NCBI RefSeq assembly: GCF_006345805.1
Contig: NW_021832251.1
Coordinates: 1-49,322, forward strand
DNA from: Octopus sinensis
Taxonomy: Eukaryota
Direction of reading: 5' to 3'
DNA: 49,322 nt
How positions within the stretch are numbered: position 1 is the stretch's first letter; the number at the start of each line of letters is the position of its first letter. The notes beneath the pieces were generated by a model that had not been told where the DNA came from, did not search any database, and saw nothing but the letters and a program-made list of their open reading frames with translations. This document shows positions 23,914 to 35,202 of this stretch, piece by piece. The position numbers and the translations under genes are program-made.

Positions 23914-24146
23914 AAGGTGGCGAGCTGGCAGAAGCGTTAGCACGCCGGGCGAAATGTTTTGCGGTATTTCGTCTGCCGTTACGTTGTGAGTTCAAATCAC
24001 GCCGAGGTCGACTTTGCCTTTCATCCTTTCGGGGTCGATAAATTAAGCACCAGTTACGCACTGGGGTCGATGTAATCGACTTAATACCTATGTCTGTCCT
24101 TGTTTGTCCCCTGTATGTTTAGCCCCTTGTGGGTAATAAAGAAATA
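23914..24146 (+). mobile_element. Full-length second-family SINE
   Basis: GGCGAGCTGGCAGAAGCGTTAGC head, B-box GAGTTCAAATC, ends GGGTAATAAAGAAATA; inverted copy at 42292-42497. Confidence 0.85.
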
Positions 24147-24300
24147 CATGTATATATATATATCCTTGTGTCCCTTTCTGTAGAAGAGCGTAGGCTCGAA
24201 ACGTAAAAGACTTTTTCTATTCCTGAGCGCTATACTAATACATCTGTTTGTTTTGTACACCACCCGTCTTCGTCTTTTGTTTTTTTTTCGTAAACTTTCC
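24147..24300 (+). mobile_element. Penelope-like element end with hammerhead-like motif
   Basis: CTTT-CTGTAGAA-GAGC gtag GCTC-GAAAC-GT-A-AAAG; paralogue at 29650-29812. Confidence 0.5.
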
Positions 24301-24708
24301 CTATATATGTATGTTTGTATGTGTGTGTTTGTGTTTGTGTGTGTGTGTGATGTGTGTGTGTATGTCCATGTGTGCGTGTGTATCGAAGCATAAACATGCA
24401 CGCTTGCCTGTCTGCGCTTCATCTGTGTTTTTCTTCCACCGCCACTTGACGACCGGTGTTGGTGTATTTTCATCCCCGTATACAGCGGTTTGCGCAAAAG
24501 AAACCGATAGAAAAAGAACCGGGTTTAACACACACACACAAAAAAACCTACGGCTGTCGATTCATTCCAATGAAAATATGCCTCAAGGCGTGCCCCAGCG
24601 TGGCCACAGTCTAATAGCTGAAACAAGCCAAGAATAAGGAAAACGAAGATAATTCTAATCGATTCCACCCAAAGCAAAACGTTTTTCCTTGTTATTTATA
24701 TATTCCGT

Positions 24709-24845
24709 GAATGTCACGCCCACTAATGTACTAAGATGTATACTAAAGGACATTGGCAAAAGCAGATGCATGCAATGGTCAGCTTGACCAATGAGTGGAC
24801 ACTACTGTTTGACCATCGTAGCGACACCAGATCTATACTAAAGCC
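24709..24845 (+). other. Conserved core module copy 10
   Basis: GGTCAGCTTGACC at 24777-24789 (only the spacer is changed); diverged 5' half. Confidence 0.95.
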
Positions 24846-24920
24846 TAGATACCAATACTAAAATTGTACCAACAACCAAAAGATACTAAGATAGTCTTTA
24901 GTACTTTTACCGAAAACTAA

Positions 24921-25395
24921 GAAAGAATTTCAGAGTCGAAACACTAAAATTCTTCATCACTAAGAACTCTTCGCTACAAGAATCAATGAATGGAATACCA
25001 ATTCGGATCTAACAACACACACACATTCCAAACTGTATCAGTAAATACCAATAGTACTTTTTAGTACTTTTTTACATGAAGAATTTCATAGTAGAAACAC
25101 AAAATTCTTCATCACTAAGAACTCTTCTGCTACAAGAATCAATGAATGATTACCAATTCGGTACTAACAACACACACACATTGCAAACTGTATCAGTAAA
25201 TACCAATAGTACTTTTTTTAGTACTTTTTTAGTACTTTTTTAGTACTTTTTTACATGAAGAATTTCATAGTAGAAACACAAAATTCTTCATCACTAAGAA
25301 CTCTTCTGCTACAAGAATCAATGAATGGAATACCAATTCGGAACTAACAACACACACACACATTCCAAACTGTATCAGTAAATACCAATAGTACT
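24921..25395 (+). repeat. Three tandem copies of a ~145-180 bp sub-unit of the array spacer
   Basis: AAGAATTTCA..AAATTCTTCATCACTAAGAACTC..TACCAATTCGG..TTCCAAACTGTATCAGTAAATACCAATAGTAC repeated three times. Confidence 0.9.
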
Positions 25396-25399
25396 TTTT

Positions 25400-25690
25400 T
25401 TAGTACCAAAGCCTTGTGCGTGGATTTGGTCGATGGAAACTGAAAGAAGCCCGTCGTATATATGTATATATAATGTGTGTGTGTGTGTCTATGTTTGTCC
25501 ACCAACATACCTTGACAACCGATGCTGGTGTGTTTACGTCCCCGTAATTTAGCGGTTCGGCAAAAGAAACCGATAGAATAAGTACTGGGCTTACAAAGAA
25601 TAAGTTTTGGGGTCGATTTGCTCGACTAAAGGCGGTGCTCCAGCATGGCCGCAGTCACATGACTGAAACAAGTAAAAGAGTAAAAGAGAG
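25400..25690 (+). mobile_element. 5'-truncated young major SINE
   Basis: Starts ACCAAAGCCTTGTG and ends GTAAAAGAG; truncates unit 10. Confidence 0.85.
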
Positions 25691-25873
25691 TATATATATA
25701 TATATACGCATTACACATACCGACTGACAAACATGCATATACTACTGCTGCTGCTGCTGCTACTACTACTACTACTATAGCACAAGTCGGTTATCACCCA
25801 CCCACGCACATTCACATTGTTTCTTTCCTCTTTCTTTTCTTTCTTTCTTCTTTTTATTTGTATTTTTAAACGC

Positions 25874-26010
25874 GAATGTCACGCCCACTAAAAGTACTAA
25901 GCCGTGTGCTAAGGACATTGGCAAAAGCGGAGGCATGCAATGGTCAGTTTGACCAATGAGTGGACACTACTGTTTGACCACCGTAGCGACACCAGATCTA
26001 TACTAAAGTC
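25874..26010 (+). other. Conserved core module copy 11
   Basis: Palindrome at 25942-25954; second subtype (GGACATTGGCAAAAGCGG). Confidence 0.95.
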
Positions 26011-26164
26011 TAGATACCAATACCAACCAAATAGTGACTACCAAAAATTGTACCAATACTGAGAATACCAACCAGTACCAAGAATTTCATAGTAGAAAGA
26101 ATTTCTTCACTAAGAACTTACTTCTTACTAAAAGAATGAATGAATACAAACTCAAAACTAAATA

Positions 26165-26209
<45 letters not shown>

Positions 26210-26218
26210 ACACACACA

Positions 26219-26250
<32 letters not shown>

Positions 26251-26455
26251 TACACCACACACACACCACACGCACATACACACACACACACACACACACA
26301 TCACACACACCACACACATACACACCACACACACACGCACACACACACACACACACACACATACACCACACACACATACATACACATACACACACACACA
26401 CACACATAACACACACCCACCACATAACCACACACACATACGCACACACACACAT

Positions 26456-26488
<33 letters not shown>

Positions 26489-26759
26489 ACAAACCACACA
26501 CACACACATACACACACACACACACGCACATACAGGTCACACAAACGTAGGCACACACACATTCCAAACTATCAGTAAATACCAAAGTAGGTGTCACCAT
26601 TCCAAGAACACCACCAGAACCACCGCTTCCACCACCACAAACACCAGAACCACCATGGCGACGACGACGACGACAACGACCACCTCCACCCGCACCCCAC
26701 CGCCACTCCACAGCGTATCGACCGTACTGACCCACCACCCACCGCCGACCTAAGAAGGA

Positions 26760-26898
26760 AGAAACTAAAACTAAACAGCAGACTAAGCTGGGACATGACG
26801 ATGACCAGCCACTGACCGCCATACCAAATTGTCAACAGTGACCAAAGAAACAAGACCAAAGCCTGCAGCCTTCAACCAATTTCCACCAGCAGCCTGGC
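26760..26898 (+). other. Conserved non-repetitive block B; inverted copies at 31312-31449 and 35465-35600
   Basis: AACTAAAACTAAACAGCAGACTAAGCTGG..CCAAAGCCTGCAGCCTTCAACCAATTTCCACCAGCAGCCTGGC, near-identical in three units. Confidence 0.85.
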
Positions 26899-27268
26899 TT
26901 TCTCCTCGCTCTCTCTCTTTCTGTTTCTCACTCGCTCTGTCTGTCTGTCTCTCTCCTTCTCTCTTCCTGTCCTTTCTCTACAAGCCCAGGGAATTGATCG
27001 ATCGGCGAAGATTTGCAGATTGGTCAATCCATATATCATACATGCAAACACGCACACACACAGAGTTAAAGGGACATGTATATCCACATACATATATATA
27101 CACAGAAGCAATCCCACAAAGGCAGTAAACACACACACACACACACACACTCCATACACATACACACACACACTCCATACACATACACACACACATTCTC
27201 TCTCACACACACAAACACGCACAAATTGGAATTAGAACAAGCAAACTTGTACACATACACACAAGTAT

Positions 27269-27680
27269 AGGCGCAGGAGTAGCTGTGTGGTAAGTAGCTT
27301 GCTAACCAACCACATGGTTCCGGGTTCAGTCCCACTGCGTGGCACCTTGGGCAAGTGTCTTCTGCTATAGCCCCGGGCCGACCAATGCCTTGTGAGTGGA
27401 TTTGGTAGACGGAAACTGAAAGAAGCCTGTCCTATATATGTATATATATATGTGTGTGTGTGTGTTTGTGTGTCTGTGTTTGCCCCCTAGCATTGCTTGA
27501 CAACCGATGCTGGTGTGTTTATGTTCCCGTTACCTAGCGGTTCGGCAAAATAGACCGATAGAATAAGTACTGGGCTTACAGAGAATAAGTCCCGGGGGCG
27601 ATTTGCTCGACTAAAGGCGGTGCTCCAGCATGGCCGCAGTCAAATGACTGAAACAAGTAAAAGAGTAAAAGAGTAAAGAG
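27269..27680 (+). mobile_element. Young full-length major SINE
   Basis: AGGCGCAGGAGTAGCTGTGTGG head through GTAAAAGAG tail. Confidence 0.9.
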
Positions 27681-29117
27681 TAAGTATACGTATATGATTG
27701 TATGGAGCTAGTTTTTTCTTTTATTCTGAAAATATGCATTTTTTAAAAACACAGTAACAATCTGAAAAATCGGCTATAATGATGTAGGCTTCCAGTCTCA
27801 TTGCTTTGAAGTTATGATGAGGAGAAAATAAAATTGAAGAAAAAGTTACAGCGGTTTTAAAAATCGAAAAAACTATATTTTTAGCGAATAGCAAGACAGA
27901 AATTTTCTGCGTTTAGCGGAGCGATGTCACCTTTAAGGTTGTACCCTGTGAAATTTATAGTTTAGCGCCTGACCTATATCCCTTGTAGGTTTCTAAATAA
28001 ACAGAAATACCTAATAAAATCAACATGTATCATCTTATTGTTTCTTTTGTCTCTTCATTGATTGCATTTTTTAATTATTTTTTTAATTTCTTATATTAAT
28101 ACATTTGTCTGCATGTACTTTATGCGTATTTCAATATTATATATTACCTGTCATGCATTTGTGTACATCATTAATATATAAGTGCATGTGGATGTATGTA
28201 TTCATATATAAGTTTATATATACATTAACGCATTCATGTGTCTGTCTCCAAAACTCCATTGTTGAGTAACGTTTTCATGCTTGGATTTGTAAACTACCAT
28301 AAGAATAACCCTGGTCAACAAAGAATTTGTCCTAAGAAAAAGAATACCTGTATCTTATACGTTTTTGCATGCAGAATTCAAAAATAATGTCAAATTATCT
28401 GTATCACCCACAGTTTCTCTGTTCCATTATATCCCTCTCAGTTCCTGTTACGTAGGCTAAATGTCAGTTAAGCTGTTGAAATGTGAAGCTAACGGTTTAA
28501 GAGATACTCCTAATTTGAGTTTTTATGAATAGAATTAACCTAGTGAAATCATAAATCCAGCAATCTGAGTTAATGAGTGCTAAAAATATATGAAATAAAA
28601 AATATGTAACAATACTAACAGAAAAAACACAGAAAAATACGAACACACAGAAGCACAGAAAGATATGTAATATACTAACACACGGGAAAAGGAAAACAAA
28701 ACACGCGGGTGAAAAGAATTTGGTGGTGTGAAGAATTAAGCGTGAAAAATCAACATTGAGAACACCAGCACAGACTACAGCGTGTGGTTGTCGTGGTAAC
28801 AAGATGCTAATGTCACGATGTCTGTTGATTGGCTAAAATTACCCAAATTTCCCATGTTTAATTCCAAATAGTATCCGATTCTTTAATTTACGAGATAAAG
28901 TAATTGGTTGATTGTAATCAAAATTCAGAGTAGCATCGATACACCAAAACTGAAAGCAACCTGAGCAAAACTGAAGGGGGCGCATTTTACGAATGAGAAA
29001 GAATAGATCCGAGTGTATATGTGAGTTTTTGTATGTGTATGGATGTATCTTTGTATGGAAGTATGTTCTTATGTATGTACTTTGTTATTGATGTGAAATC
29101 CTTAAAATATACCACGA

Positions 29118-29530
29118 CTCTTTTACTCTTTGAATTGTTTCAGTCATTTGACTGCGGCCATGCTGGAGCACCGCCTTTAGTCGAGCAAATCGACCCCGGG
29201 ACTTATTCTTTGTAAGCCCAGTACTTATTCAATCGGTCTCTTTTTGCCGAACCGCTTGGTGACGGCGACGTAAACACACCAGCATCGGTTGTCAAGCAAT
29301 GCTAGGGGACAAACACAGATACACAAACATATATACACACACACTTATATATATATATATATACATATATACGACAGGCTTCTTTCAGTTTCCGTCTACC
29401 AAATCCACTCACAAGGCATTGGTCGGCCCGGGGCTATAGCAGAAGACACTTGCCCAAGATACAACGCAGTGGGACTGAACCCGGAACCATGTGGTTGGTT
29501 AGCATGCTACTTACCACACAGCCACTCCTG
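29118..29530 (-). mobile_element. Young full-length major SINE, inverted
   Basis: Reverse complement of 27269-27680. Confidence 0.9.
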
Positions 29531-29649
29531 AACTTTCAAACCTTGAACTTGTTCGTATAAACTGTCCCTTTCGTTTTATTTTCTCATATATTATCTTTAT
29601 TTATTTTTTTTACATTCATTTCATGATCGTTAGCCCCTACACGCAATTT

Positions 29650-29810
29650 TTTTCTCTCCTTGTTTCTTTTCTGTGTATCTTTCTGTCGAAGAGCATAGGC
29701 TCGAAACGTAAAAGACTTGTTTTATATCTATTCCTGAGCGCCATACTAATACATTATTTGTTTGTACTCCACCTGCCTTCGTCTTTTGTTTATTTTCGTA
29801 AACCTTCCCG

Positions 29811-29812
<2 letters not shown>
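29650..29812 (+). mobile_element. Penelope-like element end with hammerhead-like motif
   Basis: TCTTT-CTGTCGAA-GAGC atag GCTC-GAAAC-GT-A-AAAGA. Confidence 0.5.
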
Positions 29813-29861
<49 letters not shown>

Positions 29862-30562
29862 TTCAGTAAAAATTTAGATTCAGTTGAATATGGTACTTAA
29901 GTTAAAGGCACCAGAATTTAGCATGATATTATCCATAAAATTCAAAATGGGGTGATTATAATCAAAATAAGCAGCAAGGATATTCAGAGGTAATGCAGTA
30001 CGATCGTTTCATACGACTGCATTTAATTGAACAATGCAAGTATTACATCAGTTTTAAAAATGTAGAGCAATCTTCAGGAGCATAAAAATATAGAATTTAG
30101 TTACATTTAAAAGATTCAATTTTATAGTTATTCCATTAACCAAAATCACAAAGAGGGTAAATAGGTAGACAGAGAACAAGTTTCATCAACAAGAACATAG
30201 TATGAAGATACTGCTTATCATTGATTATCAATGATGGAAGCAAACCTCTTTATCCCACAGCCATCTTGAGCTTATGTGCGTGCATGTATGTACAGAGTTA
30301 CATACATATGTATGTGTATATTATGTGCATTTGTATGTATGTAGTGCATGTATGTAGGTAAGTATGTATGTATATATATGCATGCATATATGTATGTATG
30401 TATGCATGCATGTATGCATGCATGTAGGCATGTATGCATGTTTGCACGTTGTATGTTTGTATGTATGTGTGTGTATGTATGTGCGTGTATGTGTGTGCAT
30501 GTATGTATGTGTGCATGTATGTATGGGTACATGTACATATGTATATATGTATGTATGCATGT

Positions 30563-31025
30563 AGGAGTGGCTGTGTGGTAAGTGGCTTGGTTACCAACCA
30601 CATGGTTCCAGGTTCACTTAAGCACGCAGAGATATTGTGGTCGTTGCTGTGTAGTAAGAAGCCTGCTTACCAACCACATGGTTCCGGGTTCAGTCCCACT
30701 ACGTGGCACCTTGGTCAAGTGTCCTTTACTATAGCCTCGGGCCGACCAGAGCCTTGTGAGTGGATTTGGTAAACGGAAACTGAAAGGAGCCCGTCGTATA
30801 TATGTATGTGTGTGTGTGTATATGTTTGTTTGTCTGTGTTTGTCCCCCCAACATCGCTTGACAACCGATGTTGGTGTGTTTATGTCCCCGTAACTTAGCG
30901 GTTCGGCAAAAGAGACCGATAGAATAATTACTAGGCTTCCAAAGAATAAGTCCTGGGATCGATTTGCTCAACTAAAGGCGGTGCTCCAGCATGGCCACAG
31001 TCAAATGACTGAAACAAGTAAAAGA
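30563..31025 (+). mobile_element. Major SINE with a duplicated 5' head
   Basis: A head fragment at 30563-30617 is followed by a second head and the full body. Confidence 0.85.
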
Positions 31026-31227
31026 GTAAAAGGGTAAAAGAGTATTATGTATGCGTGTATGCATGTATGTATGTGTGTATGAGTGTATATATGTGTGTAT
31101 GTATGCATGCATGTGTGTACTACGGTGGATCTTCATCCTTCGATCGATATCGTGCGCTTTGAGTGTCAGGAAAAGGAAGAGTCAGAGAAGAGACAAAGGA
31201 AAGAGAGAGAGAGAGAGAGAGAGAGGA

Positions 31228-31279
<52 letters not shown>

Positions 31280-31700
31280 AATACAGACAGACAGAGAGGT
31301 GGGGGGAGAATGCCAGGCTGCTGGTGGAAATTGGTTGAAGAAGGCTGCAGGCTTTGGTCTTGTTTCTTTGGTCACTGTTGACAATTTGGTATGGCGGTCA
31401 GTGGCTGGTCATCGTCAGTCCAGCTTAGTCTGCTGTTTAGTTTTAGTTCTGCCTGCTTAGGTCAGGCGGTGGGTGGTGGGTCAGTACGGTCAATACGCTG
31501 TGGCGCGGTGGTGGGGTGCGGGTGGCGGTGGTCATCGTCGTCGTGGTTCTGGTGTTTATGGTGGTGGAAGCGGTGGTCGTGGTGGTGGTGTTGGTGGTGT
31601 TGGTGGTCCAGGAATGGTGCCGCCTACTTTGGTATTTACTGATAGTTTGGAATGTGTGTGTACCAACGTGTGTGTGATATGTGTGTAAGTGCGTGCGTGC

Positions 31701-31741
<41 letters not shown>

Positions 31742-31926
31742 TGTGTGTGTGTGTGTTTGTGGTTAGTTCCGAATTGGTATTCCATTCATACATTCATTCT
31801 TGTAGCAGAGGAGTTTGTAATGAAGAATTTTAGTGTTACTACACTGAAATTCTTTCTTAGTTTTCTCCAAAAGTACTAACATCTTTTAGTATCTTGGTAT
31901 TGGTATCGATTGGTATTTGGTATCTA

Positions 31927-32063
31927 GACTTTAGTATAGATCTGGTGTCGCTACGATGGTCAAACAGTAGTGTCCACTCATTGGTCAAACTGACCATTGC
32001 ATGCCTCCGCTTTTGCCAATGTCCTTAGCACACGGCTTAGTACTTTTAGTGGGCGTGACATTC
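31927..32063 (-). other. Conserved core module copy 12 (inverted)
   Basis: Reverse complement of the copy 11 subtype; palindrome at 31983-31995. Confidence 0.95.
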
Positions 32064-32501
32064 GCGTTTAAAAATACAAATAAAAAGAAGAAAAGAAAGA
32101 AGATACGATGAACAGAACCTGTTTGTGTGTGAGCATACATGTATATGTGTGTGTGTGTGTGTATGTATGTATGTGTGTATGTATGTATGTATGTATGTAT
32201 GTATGTATGTATGTGCGAGTGTTGGTGCTTATTCTCTTACTGGTGTCAGTCATTGTACTGCGGCCATGCTGGAGCACCGCCTTTTAGTCGAATGAATCTT
32301 TGTATACCTAGTACTTATTCTATTGGGTACTTTTGCAGAAGTGCTATGTTACGGGGACGTAAACACACCAACAGCGATGATGGTGGGAGGACAAACACAG
32401 ACACACAAACATATACGTATATCGTATATATATATGTGTGTGTGTGCATGTATGTATATGTGTGTATATATATATATATATTATATATATATATATATAT
32501 A

Positions 32502-32912
32502 GTGACGTATTTTTGCCATTTCAATATGGCTAACCCCTAAGGGTGGATGCTACTGTAGTTTTTAGCCCCAGGAGGACACACTCCTCCAGCTGGCCATAGA
32601 CACACTATCTGTGTCCTGTCAGTATTTGCAAAGGGAAGTCATCCTTCCCGTCTTCAACTTATGATACACACGGACTCGAGTTTCGAGGTATTGACCTCTC
32701 GTCAGCGTGTGACAATCATAGTTGTCGCCGAGAATTAGATTTCCTTCACAAATACTTATACTTTTTCCAGCGCCCACTGTCGCTGATATTGAAAAATATC
32801 TATGGCCAGCTGGTCTATGGCCAGCTGGAGGAGTGTGTCCTCCTGGGGCTAAAAACTACAGTAGCATCCACCCTTAGGGGTTAGCCATATTGAAATGGCA
32901 AAAATACGTCAC
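32502..32912. repeat. Perfect 100-bp inverted repeat (32502-32601 / 32813-32912) with 211-bp spacer
   Basis: Arms are exact reverse complements by manual comparison. Confidence 0.9.
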
Positions 32913-32955
32913 GATGTGTTACCGCTACTGTATATAACTCACTTTGATATTTATC

Positions 32956-32988
<33 letters not shown>

Positions 32989-32991
32989 TCA

Positions 32992-33099
32992 CAATCAAGG
33001 AACGGCCATAATAGGCCATTCACCCACTAGAAATAACAGCCAAAGCTTTGGCTGTTATTTCTAGTGGGTGAATGGCCTATTATGGCCGTTCCTTGATTG
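32992..33099. repeat. Perfect 108-bp spacerless palindrome centred on AAGCTT
   Basis: 54-bp arms; centre between 33045 and 33046. Confidence 0.95.
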
Positions 33100-34574
33100 A
33101 TTGTGATGTTGAACTTAAAAATGGTCTATGACTATTTAATTTTTTCCCACTAGGCCGCTGGTGGCAAAAAAATTCTACAAAATTCATGCATCTCCGTCAC
33201 ACGATAACCAGGGTTCAGTCGATTGACCTCAACTGAATTATCTGCTCCTGGATTAACATCTAAGTGGCTGAATATCTCACACGTATTTCTTCCGTTAACC
33301 TCGTTCTAAACCAGAACTAGAAGATCACAATGAATGTGCTAAGGCCGTACGTTTTCAATTGCGTGTACACCCCACGAAGGGAGTGATTCTGATTTTTAGT
33401 AATACAGTGATAACTTCGGACGCATTTCGTTGTTGTTGCAGCTCATCAGTGAAGCTGTGATCTACCATTCTTTGCTAACCACAGAAATATATGAAAGAAT
33501 ATAGTTTCCGTCTACCAAATCCACTCACAAGGTATTGGTCGGCCCGAGGATATAGTAGAAGACACTAGCACAAGCTGCCACGCAGTGGAACTGAACCCGA
33601 AACCATCTGTTTGGGAAGCAAGCTTCTTACCACATAGCCACGCCCGCAATGTCTGCGTGCTTAAGTGTATGCATATATATGTGTATGCTTGTCTGTTTGT
33701 GTGTGTGTGTGTGTATGTGCATATGTGTGTGCACGTGTGCATATGTGTGTGTGTGCGTGTGTGTGTATGTACGTGTGTACACATGTGTGTGTGTTTGTGT
33801 GTCTGTGTGTGTGTGGTTGTGTCTGTGTATGTACTTGTGTGTGTGTGTGCGTGTGTGTGTGTGTGCTTTGCGTTTAATCTGATCCCCATTTATATTCTGT
33901 GATTACATTAACGAAAAGGGGTAGAAGATGGGGGCCTCTGGCGGGATCATTCAAGTTTACTATCTCTCATAGTCGTTACTGCGAACCAATCCCCTGATGA
34001 TCAAAAGCACTCCAACCACGACCACTCCACATTGTAACATTCAAAACCATATTACCCATCCAACCTACACGATGAGTTGAGTGAATTTGGCTGCTATTTC
34101 TGGCTGTTTGGACGACCACATAAAGGCTAGGCTGGCCTGTGTTTTCCTTGCTTATCATTAACTTGAAATCTTACTCGAGAATGGAACATTAGCTCTTATC
34201 AAACTTACCAATTTCCGAGGGGCAGGGATGGCCCCTTTTGCTCCACATAACCCTGAACCTACCTCCACACAAACTCCAACATCTTGACTCATATTTATTT
34301 ATTTATTTATTTTCTTCTTTTCTTTATCTATTGACTGTTTTGGTCGTTAGACTGTGGCCATGCTGGGGCACCGCATTTTTTTTACCGAATGAATCGCCCC
34401 ACCCCTCAGTACTTAGATTTTGTTTTTGTTTTTTTGTTTTTTTTAAGCCTGGTACTTATTCTATCGGTATCTTTTACCGAACTGCTACGTTAAGCACACC
34501 AACAGAGGTTGTCGAGCACATGTGGGGGAATAACACAGACAGAAAGACACGCACACACACATACACACACACAC

Positions 34575-34614
<40 letters not shown>

Positions 34615-34640
34615 TGTCTATGTATATATATATATATATA

Positions 34641-34799
34641 TCAGGTGTGGCTGTGTGGTAAGTAGCTTGCTTACCAACCACATGGCTCCGGGTTCACTGC
34701 CACTGCATGGCACCTTGGGTAAGTGTCTTCTACTATAGCCTCGGGCCAACCAATGCCTTGTGAGTGGATTTGGTAGACGGAAACTGAAAGAAGCCCGTC

Positions 34800-34805
<6 letters not shown>
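34641..34805 (+). mobile_element. 5' half of major SINE
   Basis: Head and CORE region ending in the internal (TA)n. Confidence 0.85.
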
Positions 34806-34866
<61 letters not shown>

Positions 34867-34882
34867 CATACATACATACATA

Positions 34883-34934
<52 letters not shown>

Positions 34935-35152
34935 TGCATATGTATATTGAAATTGTTACTTCTGTTCTATTTTAACAAAACTGTCCGACGAACGGGAACG
35001 TGAAACTCCGAGTAACAGGTTTTGTTAATTTTCTGCTGCTTTTTATAAAGCATTTACTCTACCCCCCTGGTATTTGAGTACTCTTTTTTTTCACCTTGTT
35101 TCCCATTTATGTGCTTACTCCGGTGTATATATATATATATAATAATATATAT

Positions 35153-35202
<50 letters not shown>

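Larger units (their letters stand above)
9096..26900 (+). repeat. Tandem array of 11 degenerate 1.1-2.4 kb units
   Basis: Recurring order: old SINE 3' fragment, CTACTCCCTCGAGAAACTAG motif, conserved core, AT-rich spacer with AAGAATTT..AAATTCTT hairpin, (CA)n, TTCCAAACT..GGCGGCACCATTCCAGCACC, (CAC)n-rich tract, inverted SINE fragment, TGACGTCA block. Not every unit has every part. Confidence 0.9.

Noticed and set aside
9096-26010. CRISPR-like array (repeated conserved cores with spacers)
   Set aside because: Spacers are 1-2 kb and homologous to each other, there are no cas genes, and the DNA is eukaryotic.
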